Below, one piece after another: positions 1 to 13,025 of a stretch of 64,000 bases of DNA (position 1 is its first letter; the number at the start of each line of letters is the position of its first letter). The stretch covers positions 24,738,001 through 24,802,000 of the forward strand of contig OZ038379.1 of the NCBI GenBank assembly GCA_964036045.1. Reading direction: 5' to 3'. The notes beneath the pieces were generated by a model. That model had not been told where the DNA came from and made no database searches. It saw only the letters and a program-made list of their open reading frames with translations. The translations under genes and the position numbers were made by a program. Origin of the DNA: Eutreptiella sp. 'Long Island Sound 2002'. Its lineage: Eukaryota > Protista > Euglenida.

Positions 1-1120
1 AGCCGGAGCGCGACCTGCCCCCCGCCCCAGCCGCCGGCTCCCACAGGGGCCGCAGAGAACAAGCAAGCCCGCGCCAACGCGCCAGGACGCCGAACAGATC
101 GCGCCCAGAGAAGGCGGGCGAGCACGAACTGGAGTGGTATAGGGGGCCACGCCCCCCATGGACAGCACGACACCAGTGACACCCGCTTTGTTGCCTGCCC
201 AGGGAAGGCAGAGGGACGGAACGAGGCAGAGCGACCCCCCGCCCTACAGGCCCCCCCCGGCAGCACAAACGGGGGGTACGGCGCACGCCCCCCCCCCCCC
301 CAAAAGCCCGCCCCCAGGCACACGAACGCCACGGACCCGCCCCGCGGCGCGCAGCCCCCACAGGGCGTGCAGGCTGAGGGGACAGAGAAGGGCCTCCACA
401 CCCGCACGCCCGCGCCCACAGCACGTGGATAGCGGACCCCAACAGCCCGCCCAGTGGGCGGGCAGTCGGGGGAGGGGGAGCGCCTGACCCCAGAAGCCCC
501 TCGCAACAGTAGACGGCACCCCCCCCGGGGACGCCCTACCACCACCCCCACAACCCCAAGCCAAGTAGGGGGGAACCGGGACCGGACCGCCCCCCCTCAA
601 GCACGCCAGACGGAGCAAGGGACCGGGGCAGGACAAGCGGAGGGGCACGGACCACGTGGAACGGCCCTACCAGCGCCCAGTGCCGGGACCGCGCGAGGTG
701 CGCACGCCACACCGCCCAGGAGGAGCGCGAGCGCACACACACGTAAAGGGCACGCGGGGACCACCAGAAGGGCAACCAGACCGAGCGCGCGGAACGCACA
801 GACCGCGTGGAATGGCGTACCAGCGAGCGAGGGTAAGGGACACCCGGACGGGACGGCCCGCCACACTCAGCGCGGAACACGCGGGGCGGGAAGGGGGAAA
901 CGAGAGAGACACAACACCAGGTACCGGCCCGAACCCCCCGCACCGGCCGCGAGCCCCGCGCACACACAGAAGGGGCACTGCACCCGCCAAGGCAGTAGTG
1001 GCGCACAGCGCCACGCCCCAACCCCTAGGCTAGGCAGCCTCTGCGCCAGCCCAAGAGGGTCCCACTGGCGACAAGCCAGTAGCACGGGCCCGGCGGCGCC
1101 GGCGCCCCGGGCGACCACGC
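1..1120. other. GC-rich, strongly T-depleted low-complexity segment, probably part of an interspersed repeat
   Basis: Plus strand is almost all A/C/G with C/G runs. The overlapping ORFs in all frames are R/P/G/A-rich by-products of composition. Confidence 0.5.
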
Positions 1121-1379
1121 ATTAGGGGGGCGACGCAGTGGGTAAGCGCCCGCAGCCACGGCTGCGAATTGATGCACTGACCGGGGAGTGGCGAAACGGG
1201 GAAGCCGGGGAAGGACGGGGCTCGGAGCCCTGTGAACCCCGGGGACTACGCCACCAGGCAGGAGGTGCGTCTTGGAGGGCCCCCCACTAGGACCCGGTGG
1301 GGAGGATATCACCTGGCCCGACCAGGTGGCCCCCCGGGGCCGAAAGGCGTCTAGTACCCGCAAAACCAAACCTCAAACC

Positions 1380-2407
1380 TCAAACGTCTAACCTTTTCAG
1401 GCGTCCCGACAAGTCCTCCACCAGATGGAGGAGGCTGTCCACCACTCGCTGCTGCTTCTGCAGGGCCATCTCCAGCTTCTCCTGGTACCGGTCCTTCTCC
1501 GCTCGCAGCTCCGCCATGTCTCTCTCCGCTGTCGACTGGTCATCCAGGATCCCCGCGACGTCCTCCTCTAGGCCGTCCTTCGCGTTGTCCAGGCGGTCGA
1601 AGCGATGCACGATGGCTTCCATCCCCATCCTTGGGAACTTGCCGATGAGGAAGGATACGTGCTCGCAGTGGCACTCAACGTGTTTTCCACTTGATCTGGC
1701 GCATCCCACGGTTCCCGGCGCCTCGGACTCCTCCGCCATGGGTGTGTCGCCCATGCTATCCCGCGTTGGCTCCGTGTGCCGGGCCACAGGCGCCGTTCTG
1801 GCTCTGGCAGGCCTCTCCAACACCTCGGCGTCATTCTCCAGGCTGGGTTCTGGGGCCCTGTGCGCCCTTGTGGGCGGTCTGGCCTGACCTACGACTCCGA
1901 AGGGTAGGCGGTCCGATAGCCCTCGGAGTGCCCCTCGGAATCTGCAGCTAACCACAGCCTGACCGGGCTGGGATCCGTCTCCATCGCCCTGGCTTCCGCC
2001 GCGGGTTTTGGGGACCCGCGCTTCCGGTAACGCCGAGCTCTGCCGTTGCTGTCAGTCTCCTCCACCTCCTCCGCAGCGGAGCGGAGATTGCAAGCCTTGC
2101 GGCATTGCCTTTCACACATGGAGGCCAGGTCCTCCATGTCTAGCCCATGTCCTGCAAGGGCTCTCCGTTCTGAGCATCTTCGCTTTTCTCGGGCTTCCCA
2201 GTCCGGCGTCGACTCGACGGACTCCACGATCTGCACCCGGGGCGTCCTTGGGCAGGGCCCATGAGGGCCCAAGTCCCCGGTGCTGCGGTAGGGGGCAGGT
2301 ACTCCTCTGCTACCATAAAGAAGGTCCCTACCAGGACCGGCCCCTGCTGTACCCCTTCCACCATTTCCTGTCACGCCTATGGTCTTGCTTCTCACCAGGT
2401 TCTGCAT
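1380..2407 (-). pseudogene. Two overlapping ORFs ending in a coiled-coil, possibly a decayed retroelement gag-like gene
   Basis: ORF 1380-1955 ends in a heptad-like charged stretch (RFDRLDNAKDGLEEDVAGIL...LEMALQKQQRVVDSLLHLVEDLSGRLKRL). ORF 1889-2407 is in a different frame. No catalytic motif seen. Confidence 0.3.
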
Positions 2408-4729
2408 GATCTTGCCCTATCCTGCACAATTTCCCTACAAAAAATAGAAAAATATGGCTCCTTCACACAAACCCTGATCCCTTGCAATAACCAACTCCCA
2501 AGTACAATAGCTCCTCTCCAAATCCACACTGAGGGCTTCCAAGGATGTTTGAGGTCCCGCGTTGACACTCAACAACTCCTTTCAATACGCCGGTTGGTGT
2601 GATTTGCCTAATTTTGCTATGTTATGAGGTCATCTTCATGGGGCAATTCTCCAAGCCCAATCAACTCCAAGTCCAACCAAGTTTATGTTAGGGTAGGGCA
2701 AGGTCCTGAGTGCCACTCTAGGCCATGACACGCCACCTCCCCTATTGGGCTAGGATTTAGATGCTTGGGAGGGAACACATTTTTGGGGTTCGTGTAGTGA
2801 CTTTTGACACATGGCATTCAGCCATCTCATTTGACTGGGTTCAGGGCATCATGTTGGCGAGTCAAGGGAAGGTCTTGAGTCCAGGAAATGAGGGGTCTAT
2901 GGCTGTGATTGTGTACCTTTCCATCTTTCCCCACACCTGCTTGATTTGTGTTCATATGCCAATTTCAGGGCTTTCTTTCTCCTTCCTTTTTGGTGCAATT
3001 CTATGTACATGCCCAACGCCCGTGTCTCCGTGTGCACCGTGAGACGACAAGTGCCCAAAATTCAATTATATACTCAAAAATGCATACGGCAAATGTTCAA
3101 ATGCTCCATGCATGTGTCAAGCCGGAAAGTAGTATACAAGGGTGATATAGACCAAAGGTCCATGCCCAAGAATATCCCAAAATTGGCCCCCAAACCCCTC
3201 CGGATATATGCATGCCATACTTCACAAGTCAACTCACGAATTTGAGACCTAATTTTGTGAGGCCTCCTGTGCCAAGCCAAAGTGACCATGTGATCCGGTA
3301 TATGGTGAGGTGCAACACCGAAGCATATGCCAACATATAAGCCACATACCATAGTTCACGAATCTCTAGGCACTTTACTGTTAGCCGACCAGTTGAGCAC
3401 ATAAAATACAAAAATGAGCATAAAGTGAGGTCAAAAACATGCAAATATTGCCAAATTCCAGATTATCACAATAGTATATAACTTCGCTCACCCGTGGTAT
3501 CAACATATGGTTCAAAGCACAATTGCTTGGGACCATTTGCAAACAATCCCCCCGCTTGGATCCCCACATGGACGCATAGGGACACCTTCGAACCTCCTCC
3601 CGACACGTACCATGAAAATGGGAAAATTGATAGTGGCGCTTGTGGGTCGCTCCGTAAGCCTTCCCACATGCACTATTTGTGCGGTAGACTTAGTTTAGTG
3701 CTATGGAGCTCACTATTGTGACATTGGCGAAGCCCTTGCCACGTATGACTCCACATATCTTCCTACAAACGGAGATATATAACATGGGCGTGAGCATAGC
3801 GAAGCACATACCATCCATAAAACACATACCCTTAAAAGGTGGCTCCAACCATAGTGGGCCATGCCCCTCCATGGACATAACTTCACGTTAAAAATACGTA
3901 GGAACCCAAAGAAAATTTCTATGCAACAGCAACACTCATGCGGTACACTCGAAAGTTGCATTAAGATATTCGGTTGCATGGTCCAAGAGTTATACATCAC
4001 TTTCTACCCTCCTGGCCATTGTCCCTTGCTACACCGGGCACGTGTACACATCAAAGGCGTTTGACGCTTCCTAAATTAAGTTGAGACCAAGGCAATTCTA
4101 GCCCATATCTCAAAATTGTAACTCCTCACCGTGAGCCGGAGATATGACCTTTCAAAGTGGCCTCACGAATCAATTTTGTTTCGCCTATATCTCCAAGAAA
4201 AATGAAGGAGACAACAGAAGGAAGGTTGATCGAAATGCATAATATCAAGTGCGGCGACCTCGAAGTCGAAAATCCGATTCGGAATGTCTGAAAAAATTGG
4301 ATTAAGTTTGCGAGTGTATAACATGAAAATTGCGGAAGCAACGAACCCTTAACTGATGAAATCTGACCCTTCATGGGGGTTTCCGCCAAAGTATCTGGAA
4401 ATAACAGTTAACCAATCGGTTACCGCAAAATCGCGAGCCAACTGACAGTCGCCGATACATTGACAATCAGAACGGATAGCCGAAAAATTACGGAAACATT
4501 ATGATAAAAAAACCCTGTTGATTCCTGACATTTGGATATATAAATCTCAGCCGGCGGCGCCTCGGTATTGAATATGGCCGCTCATAGCTGGAATGGCTAA
4601 GCCTATCACACTATCACATCAGGTTAGGTCAGGCGGATGGGACAGTATGATATCAGCCAATGGCGGCTTGCCGGCACATAGATACACACCCCAAGTGACC
4701 CAAAGATGGCCACGGGGGTCTGAACCGGC

Positions 4730-5850
4730 TTCAGTGTGCTTGGGCTCTGGTTTCGGCTCCGCCCCGCCACTCCTGGCTGGGTTGTCGGAGTGTGTGTGTG
4801 CTTGTCTGCGTGCTCCATCTGTACCCCGCCACTCCTGGTTGGGGTGTGCTGTGCAACTGTGTGTGCTTGGGCTCGGGTTTCGGCTGCGCCTTGCCTCTCT
4901 TCGCTGGGGTGTTGGGGTGTGCGTGTTTGTGTGCTCGCTCCGCCTGTACCCCGCCACTCCTGGCTGGAATGTGCGGCGTGGGTGTGTGTGCCTGGGCTCG
5001 GGTTTCGGCTGCGCCCCGCCACTCCTGGCTGGGGTGTCGGGGTGTGTGTGTGTGCGTGTACGCGCTCCTCTGGTGCCCCGCCACTTGTGGCTGGGGTGTG
5101 CGGTGTGGGTGGGTGCGCTTGGGCTCCGGCTTCGGCTGCGCGCCGCCATTCCTGGCGGGGCTGTTGGGGTGTGCCTGTGCGCGCTTTGCTTGTACCCCGC
5201 CACTCCTGACTGGGGTGTGCTGTGTGGGTGTGTGTGCTTGGGCTCTGGTTTCGGCTGCGCCCCGCCCCCCCTTGCTGGGGTGTTGGGGTGTGTGTGCGCT
5301 CCCGTGCGCGCTTTGCTTGTACCCCGCCACTCCTTGCTGGGGTGTGCGGTGTGGGCGTGTGTGCTTGGGCTCGGGTTTCGGCTGCGCCCCGCCACTCCTG
5401 GCTGGGGTGTTGGGGTGTGTGTGCGTTCGTGTGCGGGCTCCGCTTGTACCCCGCCACTCCTGGGTCGGGTGTACAGTGCGGGTGTGTGTCCGTGGGTTCG
5501 GGTTTCGGCTGCGCCCCGCCACTCCTGGCTGGGGTGTCGGGGTGTGTGTGTGCTTGTGTGCGCGCTCCGCTTGTACCCCGCCACGCCTGGCTGGGTTGTG
5601 CTGTGTGGGTGTGTGTGCTTGGGTTCGGGTTTCGGCTGCGCCCCGCCACTCCTGGCTCGGGTCTTCGGGTGTGTGTGCGTTTGCGTGCGCGCTCCTCCTG
5701 TACCCCGGCACTCCTGGCTGGGGTGTGTGGTCTGGGTGTGTGTGCTTGGGCTCGGGTTTCAGCTGCGCCCCACCACTCCTGGCTGGGGTGTCTGGGTGTG
5801 TATGTGCTTGTGTGCACGCTCCGCTGGTACTCGGCCACTCCTGGCTTGAT
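4730..5850. repeat. Tandem minisatellite, 9 copies of about 127 bp, each made of two related ~63 bp halves
   Basis: TTTCGGCT(GCGCCCCGCCACTCCTGGCTGGGG) recurs at about 4750, 4878, 5002, 5130, 5249, 5375, 5503, 5630 and 5757. CCCCGCCACTCCTGG occurs about twice per unit. Confidence 0.95.
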
Positions 5851-8040
5851 TTTGTGGTTTGTGGGTTTGGTGTTGGGTCGCACCTGTTCCTGTGCCGTGG
5901 TTCGTTGCGTGTTGTGCGCGCTGCCCGGGTTTTCGGCACCCGGTGGCTGTTGTTGCTTGGCACCTGTCCGTGTGCCTTGGTTGTGGACGGCGGCATGCCT
6001 CTTTGGTGTGCCTGGTGGCCCCGCGTGGTGCGCTGCGCCTCGTCCGGTCCGGTCGCTCTCGGTGCCCTGGTCGGCTTTGCCGACGCCGTGGTGCCTTTCC
6101 CCACCCCGGGGGCTTGCACCCCCGGCTTTACTGGGTGGCTGCGCGGGGCACGCGGAGGCCGGCCGAGAACCGGGCTCATTGTGCCTGCCGCTGGTCCCCG
6201 CCGAGGCAGGGGCGCTTGGCTCGCTTCACGTCGTACCCGTTCGGGGCCCCGCGATGGTGTTGTCCGTGGCGTGTCCCTCCGGCGTCGGTCTTGGGCTGCG
6301 TGCGCTGCGGTGGTGTGCCTGTGTGGACCCGGTCACTAACGTGTCCGGTTTCCCGTACCATCCGCCTTTCGACGGGGGACTTGGTCTGTGCACCGGGGCT
6401 GTTTCGTGTGGACGTCGACACCGCCCCTTTTGAGTCGGAGGACGCAACGCCCGGGTCCTCTGCGTGTGTGCGTGTGCGTGCTTTCTTGGGGGAGTCGGGC
6501 GGGCTGGCCTGCTGGGCGCGTTCTGGTGGGCCTCCCCTTTTTCTGTGGCCGTTCGTGGTGCTCTCTTTGTCTGCTCCGCCTCTCCGGGCTCGGGTTGCTT
6601 GTGGTTGTTCTTGTGTTTTTTGTTTTTTTCTTTTTTTTCTTTTTTTTTTGCGCCCCCCTTGTCTCTTGCTTTTTGTTTTTTCCGGCCCTGGGTGCCTTGG
6701 TTCTTGGCGTCTTGCACCCCCCCCCCCTCTCTTCTTCTTCTTTTTCTCCCTTTTTCTTTCTCCCCCCCCCTTGCGTGTTTTTTTTTCCTGTCAGTTTTTT
6801 TTTTTGTTTTTTTTTGTGCCATGGTGTGCTGGTTGTGCGGTGCTCTGTGCTGGTGTGTCCTCGGCTGTGGGGTGTGTTGGTGTGTGTTGTTGTGGGCCTT
6901 GTGCTTTGGCGGGGGCTGCTGTGCGGTTGCGCTCCGTCGTTTGGTGCTCCCTGCCTTTGCCTCCTCCCTTTGTGTTGTTGCTTGTTGTGTTGCGCGTGCC
7001 CAGTGGCGCCGTGTGGTGTTGCTCACCTCCCCCCCCTCGGGTGCTTTGCAGAGTTTTTTTTTTTTCCGCTTGTCGGGTGTTTTCTGGTTGTGCCCCATCC
7101 CCCCCCCCCGGCTGGTTGTGGTGTCCTCTGTTGTGCTTTGTTGTGCGTCCTGTCCTGTGGTGCTGCGGTCTATGGTGCGTTCTGTGTTGTGCCCGGTGTT
7201 GTGTGGCGTGCTTGTGTCGGGGTGGGTTCTTGCGCCGTGTTGTTCGGCGCGGTGTTGTGCTGCATCCTGTTTTTGTTGTGCTTTGCTGTCGTGCGCTGCT
7301 GCGTTCTCTGCTGGTTGTTTTTTTTGCGTTGTCCCTTGCCTTTCGATGGTGCTCCGGGCTGCTTCTGTTTCTGTGCTCTGTTTGTGCGGTGCTGTGCTGG
7401 TGTGCCTGCGTTGTTGCCCTCTGTGCAGTGCTCTCTTGCCCATGCTGCGCTGGCTGGTGTGTTGTTGCCTGTTGTGTTTGCGTGTTTGCTGTTGGGCCTG
7501 GCTGTCCTCTGTTGTCTTCTGGTTGGTCCTGGTGGCTCCTGCTGCCGTTTTTCGGTGGTGTGCTCTGTTGTGTCCCTGGGTGCTGTGCTGCGCCGTGTTG
7601 CTGCGCGTTTTGTCGCCTGGCGTTGTGTTGTTGTGCGCTGTGTTGTTTCGTTTTGCTCTGTTTGGTGCTGTTGCGCGCTGTGTCGTGTCCTGGGGTGCTG
7701 TCCGTCGTCCTGGGGTCCTGTGCCTTCTGGCGCTCTGTTTTGTCTTGTCTCCCTGCGCTGTGTGTCAAATGCTGTGGTGTGTTGCTGCGTGGTGCTGTTC
7801 GCCGTTGTGCTTTGCGCCGTGTGCGTCCTGGGGTGTCCTGCTGTGCGTTCCCTGTCCTCTCCGCCCTGTGCGGTGCTGCTGTGCGGCCCTGCTCTTCCTT
7901 GGTGCCGTGCTCCCCTGTGCTGTGCCCCGTGGTGCTGTCGTGCCGTGTGGTGCTGTGGTGTCCTGTCCTGCTGCCTTGTTTGATTTGCTTCCTGTGTTCG
8001 TTTGGTTTCTCCTAGTTGAAAAACCGCTGCAAAAGTTGTT
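5850..8040. other. A-depleted, G/T/C-rich low-complexity tract
   Basis: From about 6500 to 8000 the plus strand has almost no A. The long stop-free C/V/L-rich ORFs follow from the absence of A (every stop codon needs an A). Confidence 0.8.
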
Positions 8041-8660
8041 TTAAATATAAAAAAAATGTTTTTTTTTAAAATAAAATAGAATTATACACGACACAACACA
8101 CCCGCGAGCAGCAAGACCATGTATGCTTCTGTGTCTTACGTGCTACCCGTCGATCTTGATGTACTTGGCCTTGTACTTGTGCTTGGCGTTGTGGATATTG
8201 TTGGTGTCCATTGCTAGGGGTTAACCGCGTTCCCCCAGGGCCGCCGCCTGAGCTGCAGGGCAAGGGGAGTGATGGGCACGAGGGTGGGGAGGGAGGTACA
8301 TGGAGAGGAATGAGAAAAAGGTGGCAGGGCGCGACGCGAGGGGTCGTAGCGAGTTATGAAATTTTTTCGAGTTTTATGCGCTGCTCGCGACGCTTTTTTC
8401 TTTGCGTCTATGGCTAGTTAGACGACAAGAACAATGGCGTTAGCGTCCTATGAGCGTTACGGTGTTCATGGCGTTAACTATTCACCTATTTCATGTCGAA
8501 AAGCTTTTCCTGGCGTTTTTACGCGTTTCGCGGCGCGCTTTTTGGCCTAAGCTTTTTTTATGCTAATTAGCTTTATTTCCAGCTATTCCGAAACTTTTTT
8601 CATTGTGTTTTACCCATTTGTTCATTTCGTTCTCGGCCAGGACCCCAGCGCGCGCAACAT

Positions 8661-10035
8661 GGGTGACCGGAGAACACACCGAGCGGGCACACTGGTGAAC
8701 AGGAGCCAAGTGGCCCAGGAAGCCGCACACGCAACACAACAAACCACGCGGGCACACCAGTGAACAGGAGCCAAGTGGCCCAGGACACCACACAAGCAAA
8801 ACAACACACCGAGCGGGCACACCGGTGGACAGGAGCCAAGGGGCCCAAGACACCGCACAGGCAACACATCAAACCACGCGGCCACACCGGTGAACAGGAG
8901 CCAAGTGGCCCAGGACACCGCACACACAAAGCAACGCACCGAGCGGGCACACCGGTGAACAGGAGCCAAGTGGCCCAGGGCACCGCACACGCAACACAAC
9001 ACAGCGAGCGGGCACACCGGTGAATAGGAGCCAAGTGGCCCAGAACACTGCACAAGCAAAACAACGCAGCGAGCGGGCACACCGGTGAACAGGAGCCAAG
9101 TGGCCCAGGACACCGCACACGCAACACAACAAACCACGCGGGCACACCGTGAACAGGAGCGAAGTGGCCCGGGACACCGCACACGCAAAGCAACGCACCG
9201 AGCGGACACACGGGTGAACAGGAGCCAAGTGGCCCAGGACACCGCACAAACAAAACAACACACCGAGCGGGCACAACGGTGAACAGGAGCCAAGTGGCCC
9301 AGGACACTGCACACGCAACACTACAAACCACGCGAGCACACCGGTGAACAGGAGCCAAGTGGCCCAGGACACCGCACAAGCAAAGCAACGCACCAAGCGG
9401 GCACACCGGTGAACAGGAGCCAAGTGGCCCGGGACACCGCACAAGGGAAACAACACAGCGAGCGGGCACACCGGTGAACAGGAGCCAAGCGGCCCAGGAC
9501 ACCGCACAAGCAAAACAACGCACCAAGCGGGCATAGTGGTGAACAGGAGCCAAGTGGCCGAGGACACCGCACACGCAACACAACACAGCGAGCGGGCACA
9601 CCGGTGAGCAGGAGCCAAGTGGCTGAGGACACTGCACAAGCAAAACAACGTACCGAGCGGGCACATCTGTGAACAGGAGCCAAGTGGCCCAGGACACCGC
9701 ACACGCAAAGCAACGCACCGAGCGGGCACACCGGTGAAGAGGAGCTAAGTGGCCCAGGACACCGCACACGCAACACAACAAACCACGCGGGCACACCGGT
9801 GAACAGGAGCCAAGTGGCCCCGGAGACCGCACAAACAAAACAACACACCGAGCGGGCACACCGCTGGACAGGAGCCAAGGGGCCCAGGACACCGCACAAG
9901 CAAAACAACACAGCGGGCAGGCACACCGGTGAACAGGAGCCAAGCGGCCCCGGACACCGCACACGCAAAACAACGCACCAAGCGGGCAAAGGTGAAGAGG
10001 ACCCAAGTGGCCCAGGACACCGCACACACGTGCAC
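8661..10035. repeat. Tandem minisatellite, about 21 copies of 65 bp
   Basis: GTGAACAGGAGCCAAGTGGCCCAGGACACCGCAC recurs every 64-66 bp from about 8695 to 9991. The intervening ~25 bp are variants of one another (ACGCAACACAACAAACCACGCGGGCA). Confidence 0.95.
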
Positions 10036-11137
10036 ACGTAGGGCGGCCGAGGGACAGGAAAGAACCAACCCCCCATGGGTCGGACGCACTGGGGCGACCC
10101 AGCCGACCCACCGGGCCAGCAGCAGGGGCAGTACCCCAAGGCCACTGGTCCTAGCCCGGCCAGGCTGCATCGCGGACCATGGCAAACGTCACTCGGAGCC
10201 ATGGAAGCAACTGTTGATAGGCGAGCCGGTACACAGTCCAGAAGGGGGTCGCCTGCAGAGCAGAGAGGCCCTGCAACTCAAGCCACAAGGGTTAGGCGGT
10301 CGTACCGTAGACTAGCGGGAGCAATACCCCTTGTGGTGAGAGATACTCCACACGACTGGGCAGCCCCCAGGACTGCCGCCCAAAGGAGGGGGCATGTGGC
10401 CCTACCCAGGGACACATGTGGGGACACCCTCCCACCTGGGACACCTGGACCAGGTGGCCGCCACACTGCCTTCCCAAGCACCTGCGGGAGAGGCTTAAGA
10501 GGCACCTGACCTAGGGCAGTGGGAGGGACAGGATGTCCCCCTGGTAAGACCTTCTTCCTACATTGTCAAATGAGGCATCCCGAGCTCCCGAAGATACATA
10601 CCTACCTACCTTGTCTCAGGCCGTAGTGGCCCACCTGTGAAAGGACAAGAGAACACAGCGCTGCTGAGCGACTGTGGCCTAACAGGGATGCCACTACGCG
10701 TTTCCCTGTCAGGGCTTGGAGGGAAGGAGTGCTCTGTTTGCGTGCACAGTGTGTATGAAGAACAGGAACGACTGCCCTCGCCATTCACAGCTGAGGTACA
10801 GTTTTTTGTTGTGATCTGCGTCGCATGTTTTAGCGCGGCAGGGGACTGCACCAATTCACCCTCACCTGCCCACCTGTAAAGCAAAGGCAAATGGCCTGAG
10901 TTTGAGACTGAGGAACCAAGACAGCCTCCACGTATTATACGCTTCTTCGTCTGCCCTATAATACTTAGGCGGATCAAGTTGCAGGGTCAAAAACGACAGA
11001 AAAGGTAGAAAAACAACAGGTTTCAAAAAGCGTCATAAAAAATTATTTTGATGGATATGTCTGGACCGTCGAGAACCAGTACAGTGAAATAAATATTGTC
11101 AAAAGAATGACACTTTCCATCAGTGATACAGGGAAAA

Positions 11138-11197
11138 GTATTGTTTTGTGTCCATTCTTTGCGCGAGGCCTCGCGCAAAGGCATTCATTTGTGTCAG
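11138..11197 (+). other. Probable 60 bp GT-AG intron containing a perfect 24 bp palindrome
   Basis: GTATTG...TTTGTGTCAG with CTTTGCGCGAGGCCTCGCGCAAAG at 11157-11180. The flanks look like decayed coding sequence, but in-frame joining could not be shown. Confidence 0.45.
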
Positions 11198-11945
11198 ATT
11201 AATGTACTACAGCACAACTCATTAGGCAGGTTGTCGGAAAACAGAAACGTGTCGTATTTATACAGGTAACTTTGTACCATTATCAGGATGGCGTGATAGA
11301 AATGGATCTATTAATAAATACATTTTTAAAAAAAAAACCCGCGGGCGGGTCCTACTGAGCCTCAAAATGTAACAATTGGAAAGCCAGCAGCAGGACTTTT
11401 CACACGGGCTTTTCCCCGGGCTTCTACCCTGTGAAATGATGGCCACCGTGAACTGATCAGCCTGAACACCGAGAAGCAGGATGTCGCCGTCGCGTGTCCA
11501 CAGCCTTACCAACAGCGACATATTGCAAGCCCTACTCTTAAATGCTACGCACCTCACCAGCCTACTGCTGCACGAAGCTCAGCAAATGAAGCTACATTAT
11601 CTACACGCAAATTCGCATCTTTTCCCGCGCACTCCCCTTCAGGCCTTTCCGCGCTACGCTAATGGCGCCTGTCGAGATTTGTGCTCACCCTCCCCTTGGC
11701 CTGCTTACGGGACGTGGACCAACGGCAATCAGAGCATCGCCAGTCACTACCCAGAGGATCCTTTTGTAGAGCAGCCCTGTTTCACGTCCCCCTCAACTGC
11801 TTACGGGCCGTGAACGGACGCCACTCAGAACACCACCAGTTACTACCAAGACGATCCCTTAGTAGAGCAGTGATGTCCGTGTGCCGACAGCTCCGCCGAC
11901 GCGTACCAGACTCATGCGTACTACGATGCCTACTCGCTCGCCGCC

Positions 11946-13025
11946 GTGCCTGAAAGCCAGCGTCACGTGTCACCATACTATCCAGAGAACGCTGCCGCGT
12001 ACGACATTCGGGGTACGTTCTCCAACACAACGGGACAACCTGTGGCGAACGTCAGTCAAACTAATGTCAACTTTGCCCACTGCCCTTACTGTCTGCCTAG
12101 CGGTGAAGCCCACGGTCCTCAACATCCTGAGGCTGAGCCCCGTCTACCGTCCCCTACCTGCAGTGCGGCACCTGGCATACCAATAGTCACGTGCTTGGCA
12201 GACCAGTTTGCCACCCTGCACAGCTGTGCACCGCCTCCAGGCTGGTATATGCTACAGGGGATCACAATCTGCCCTCCTCTGATTGTGGAAAGTTCACCAA
12301 GACCGCCCGAGTCACCGGCCCTTCGCCGCCGCAGTAGCCGGGCCTCTCCACGATCTTCTCGTGCATCTAGCACAGATGGCCTGACATGTATCTCGCCCTT
12401 GTCTACGACCAACCCGTTCCAAGCTCTTGCTGACCTCGCAGCACCCGACTTAGATGACCAAGAGTTCCCGGCCGAGACTTCCCACACATTCAACTCTCCT
12501 CCTCCGGGTTACACCCTTGTACGCAAGCCGCTTCGCACAGAGGAAGCCGCTCCACTGCAATTGCCCAAGAAGGGCAACGCTCTGCCACGCCCGCGAATAT
12601 CTCAATGGGTGGGCACTAGAAAACACCCACGTGGCCACCACAAAACCAAAGGGACGCCCTTTTGCAGATCACTTGCGGCAGCCGAACCACGAATTGTCCA
12701 GCCACAACCAGTCGACCCTCCTACCTACCCGTGGCGCCCCTTTCTGGCCGATGACCTCCCAGATCAGCCGCCTAGCGATCAGTCTGTCTCTGGATGCGAT
12801 CTGACTAGTCTGCAAAGTTCATCCGACTCCAGCACCGCCTTGAAGGACACTTGTTCTACGCCCGACATCCCGTGTGGAAAGTTCTGGGACTGCGATAGTA
12901 CATCAGAGCCAGACGCTCTACTTCATGTACTGTCTGGGCCGTACAGTACTGCGCTGTCGGCCTCAACGGTAATACACGACCTGGAATGGCTACATCCGGA
13001 CCCTCCGGACGCCGAGATCGAGTGA
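11946..13025 (+). CDS. Pro/Ser-rich, probably disordered 359 aa ORF of unknown function
   Basis: Long ORF in non-repetitive sequence. Contains STTNPFQALAD, a type of motif often seen in retroelement gag-like ORFs. No domain recognised. Confidence 0.35.
   Translation: MPESQRHVSPYYPENAAAYDIRGTFSNTTGQPVANVSQTNVNFAHCPYCLPSGEAHGPQHPEAEPRLPSPTCSAAPGIPIVTCLADQFATLHSCAPPPGWYMLQGITICPPLIVESSPRPPESPALRRRSSRASPRSSRASSTDGLTCISPLSTTNPFQALADLAAPDLDDQEFPAETSHTFNSPPPGYTLVRKPLRTEEAAPLQLPKKGNALPRPRISQWVGTRKHPRGHHKTKGTPFCRSLAAAEPRIVQPQPVDPPTYPWRPFLADDLPDQPPSDQSVSGCDLTSLQSSSDSSTALKDTCSTPDIPCGKFWDCDSTSEPDALLHVLSGPYSTALSASTVIHDLEWLHPDPPDAEIE

Noticed and set aside
4593-8044. Long ORFs of 320-720 aa rich in Cys/Val/Leu or His/Thr/Pro
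   Set aside because: They arise from tandem repeats and A-depletion (no stop codons possible) and are open in many frames at once.
8661-10035. CRISPR-like appearance of the 65 bp array
   Set aside because: The apparent spacers are variants of one another, no cas genes are present and the context is eukaryotic. It is a minisatellite.
10610-10873. Possible minus-strand micro-exons (8 bp at 10866-10873; 25 bp at 10610-10634) with good AG/GT signals
   Set aside because: Too short to assign, and no frame gives recognisable protein. Needs transcript data.
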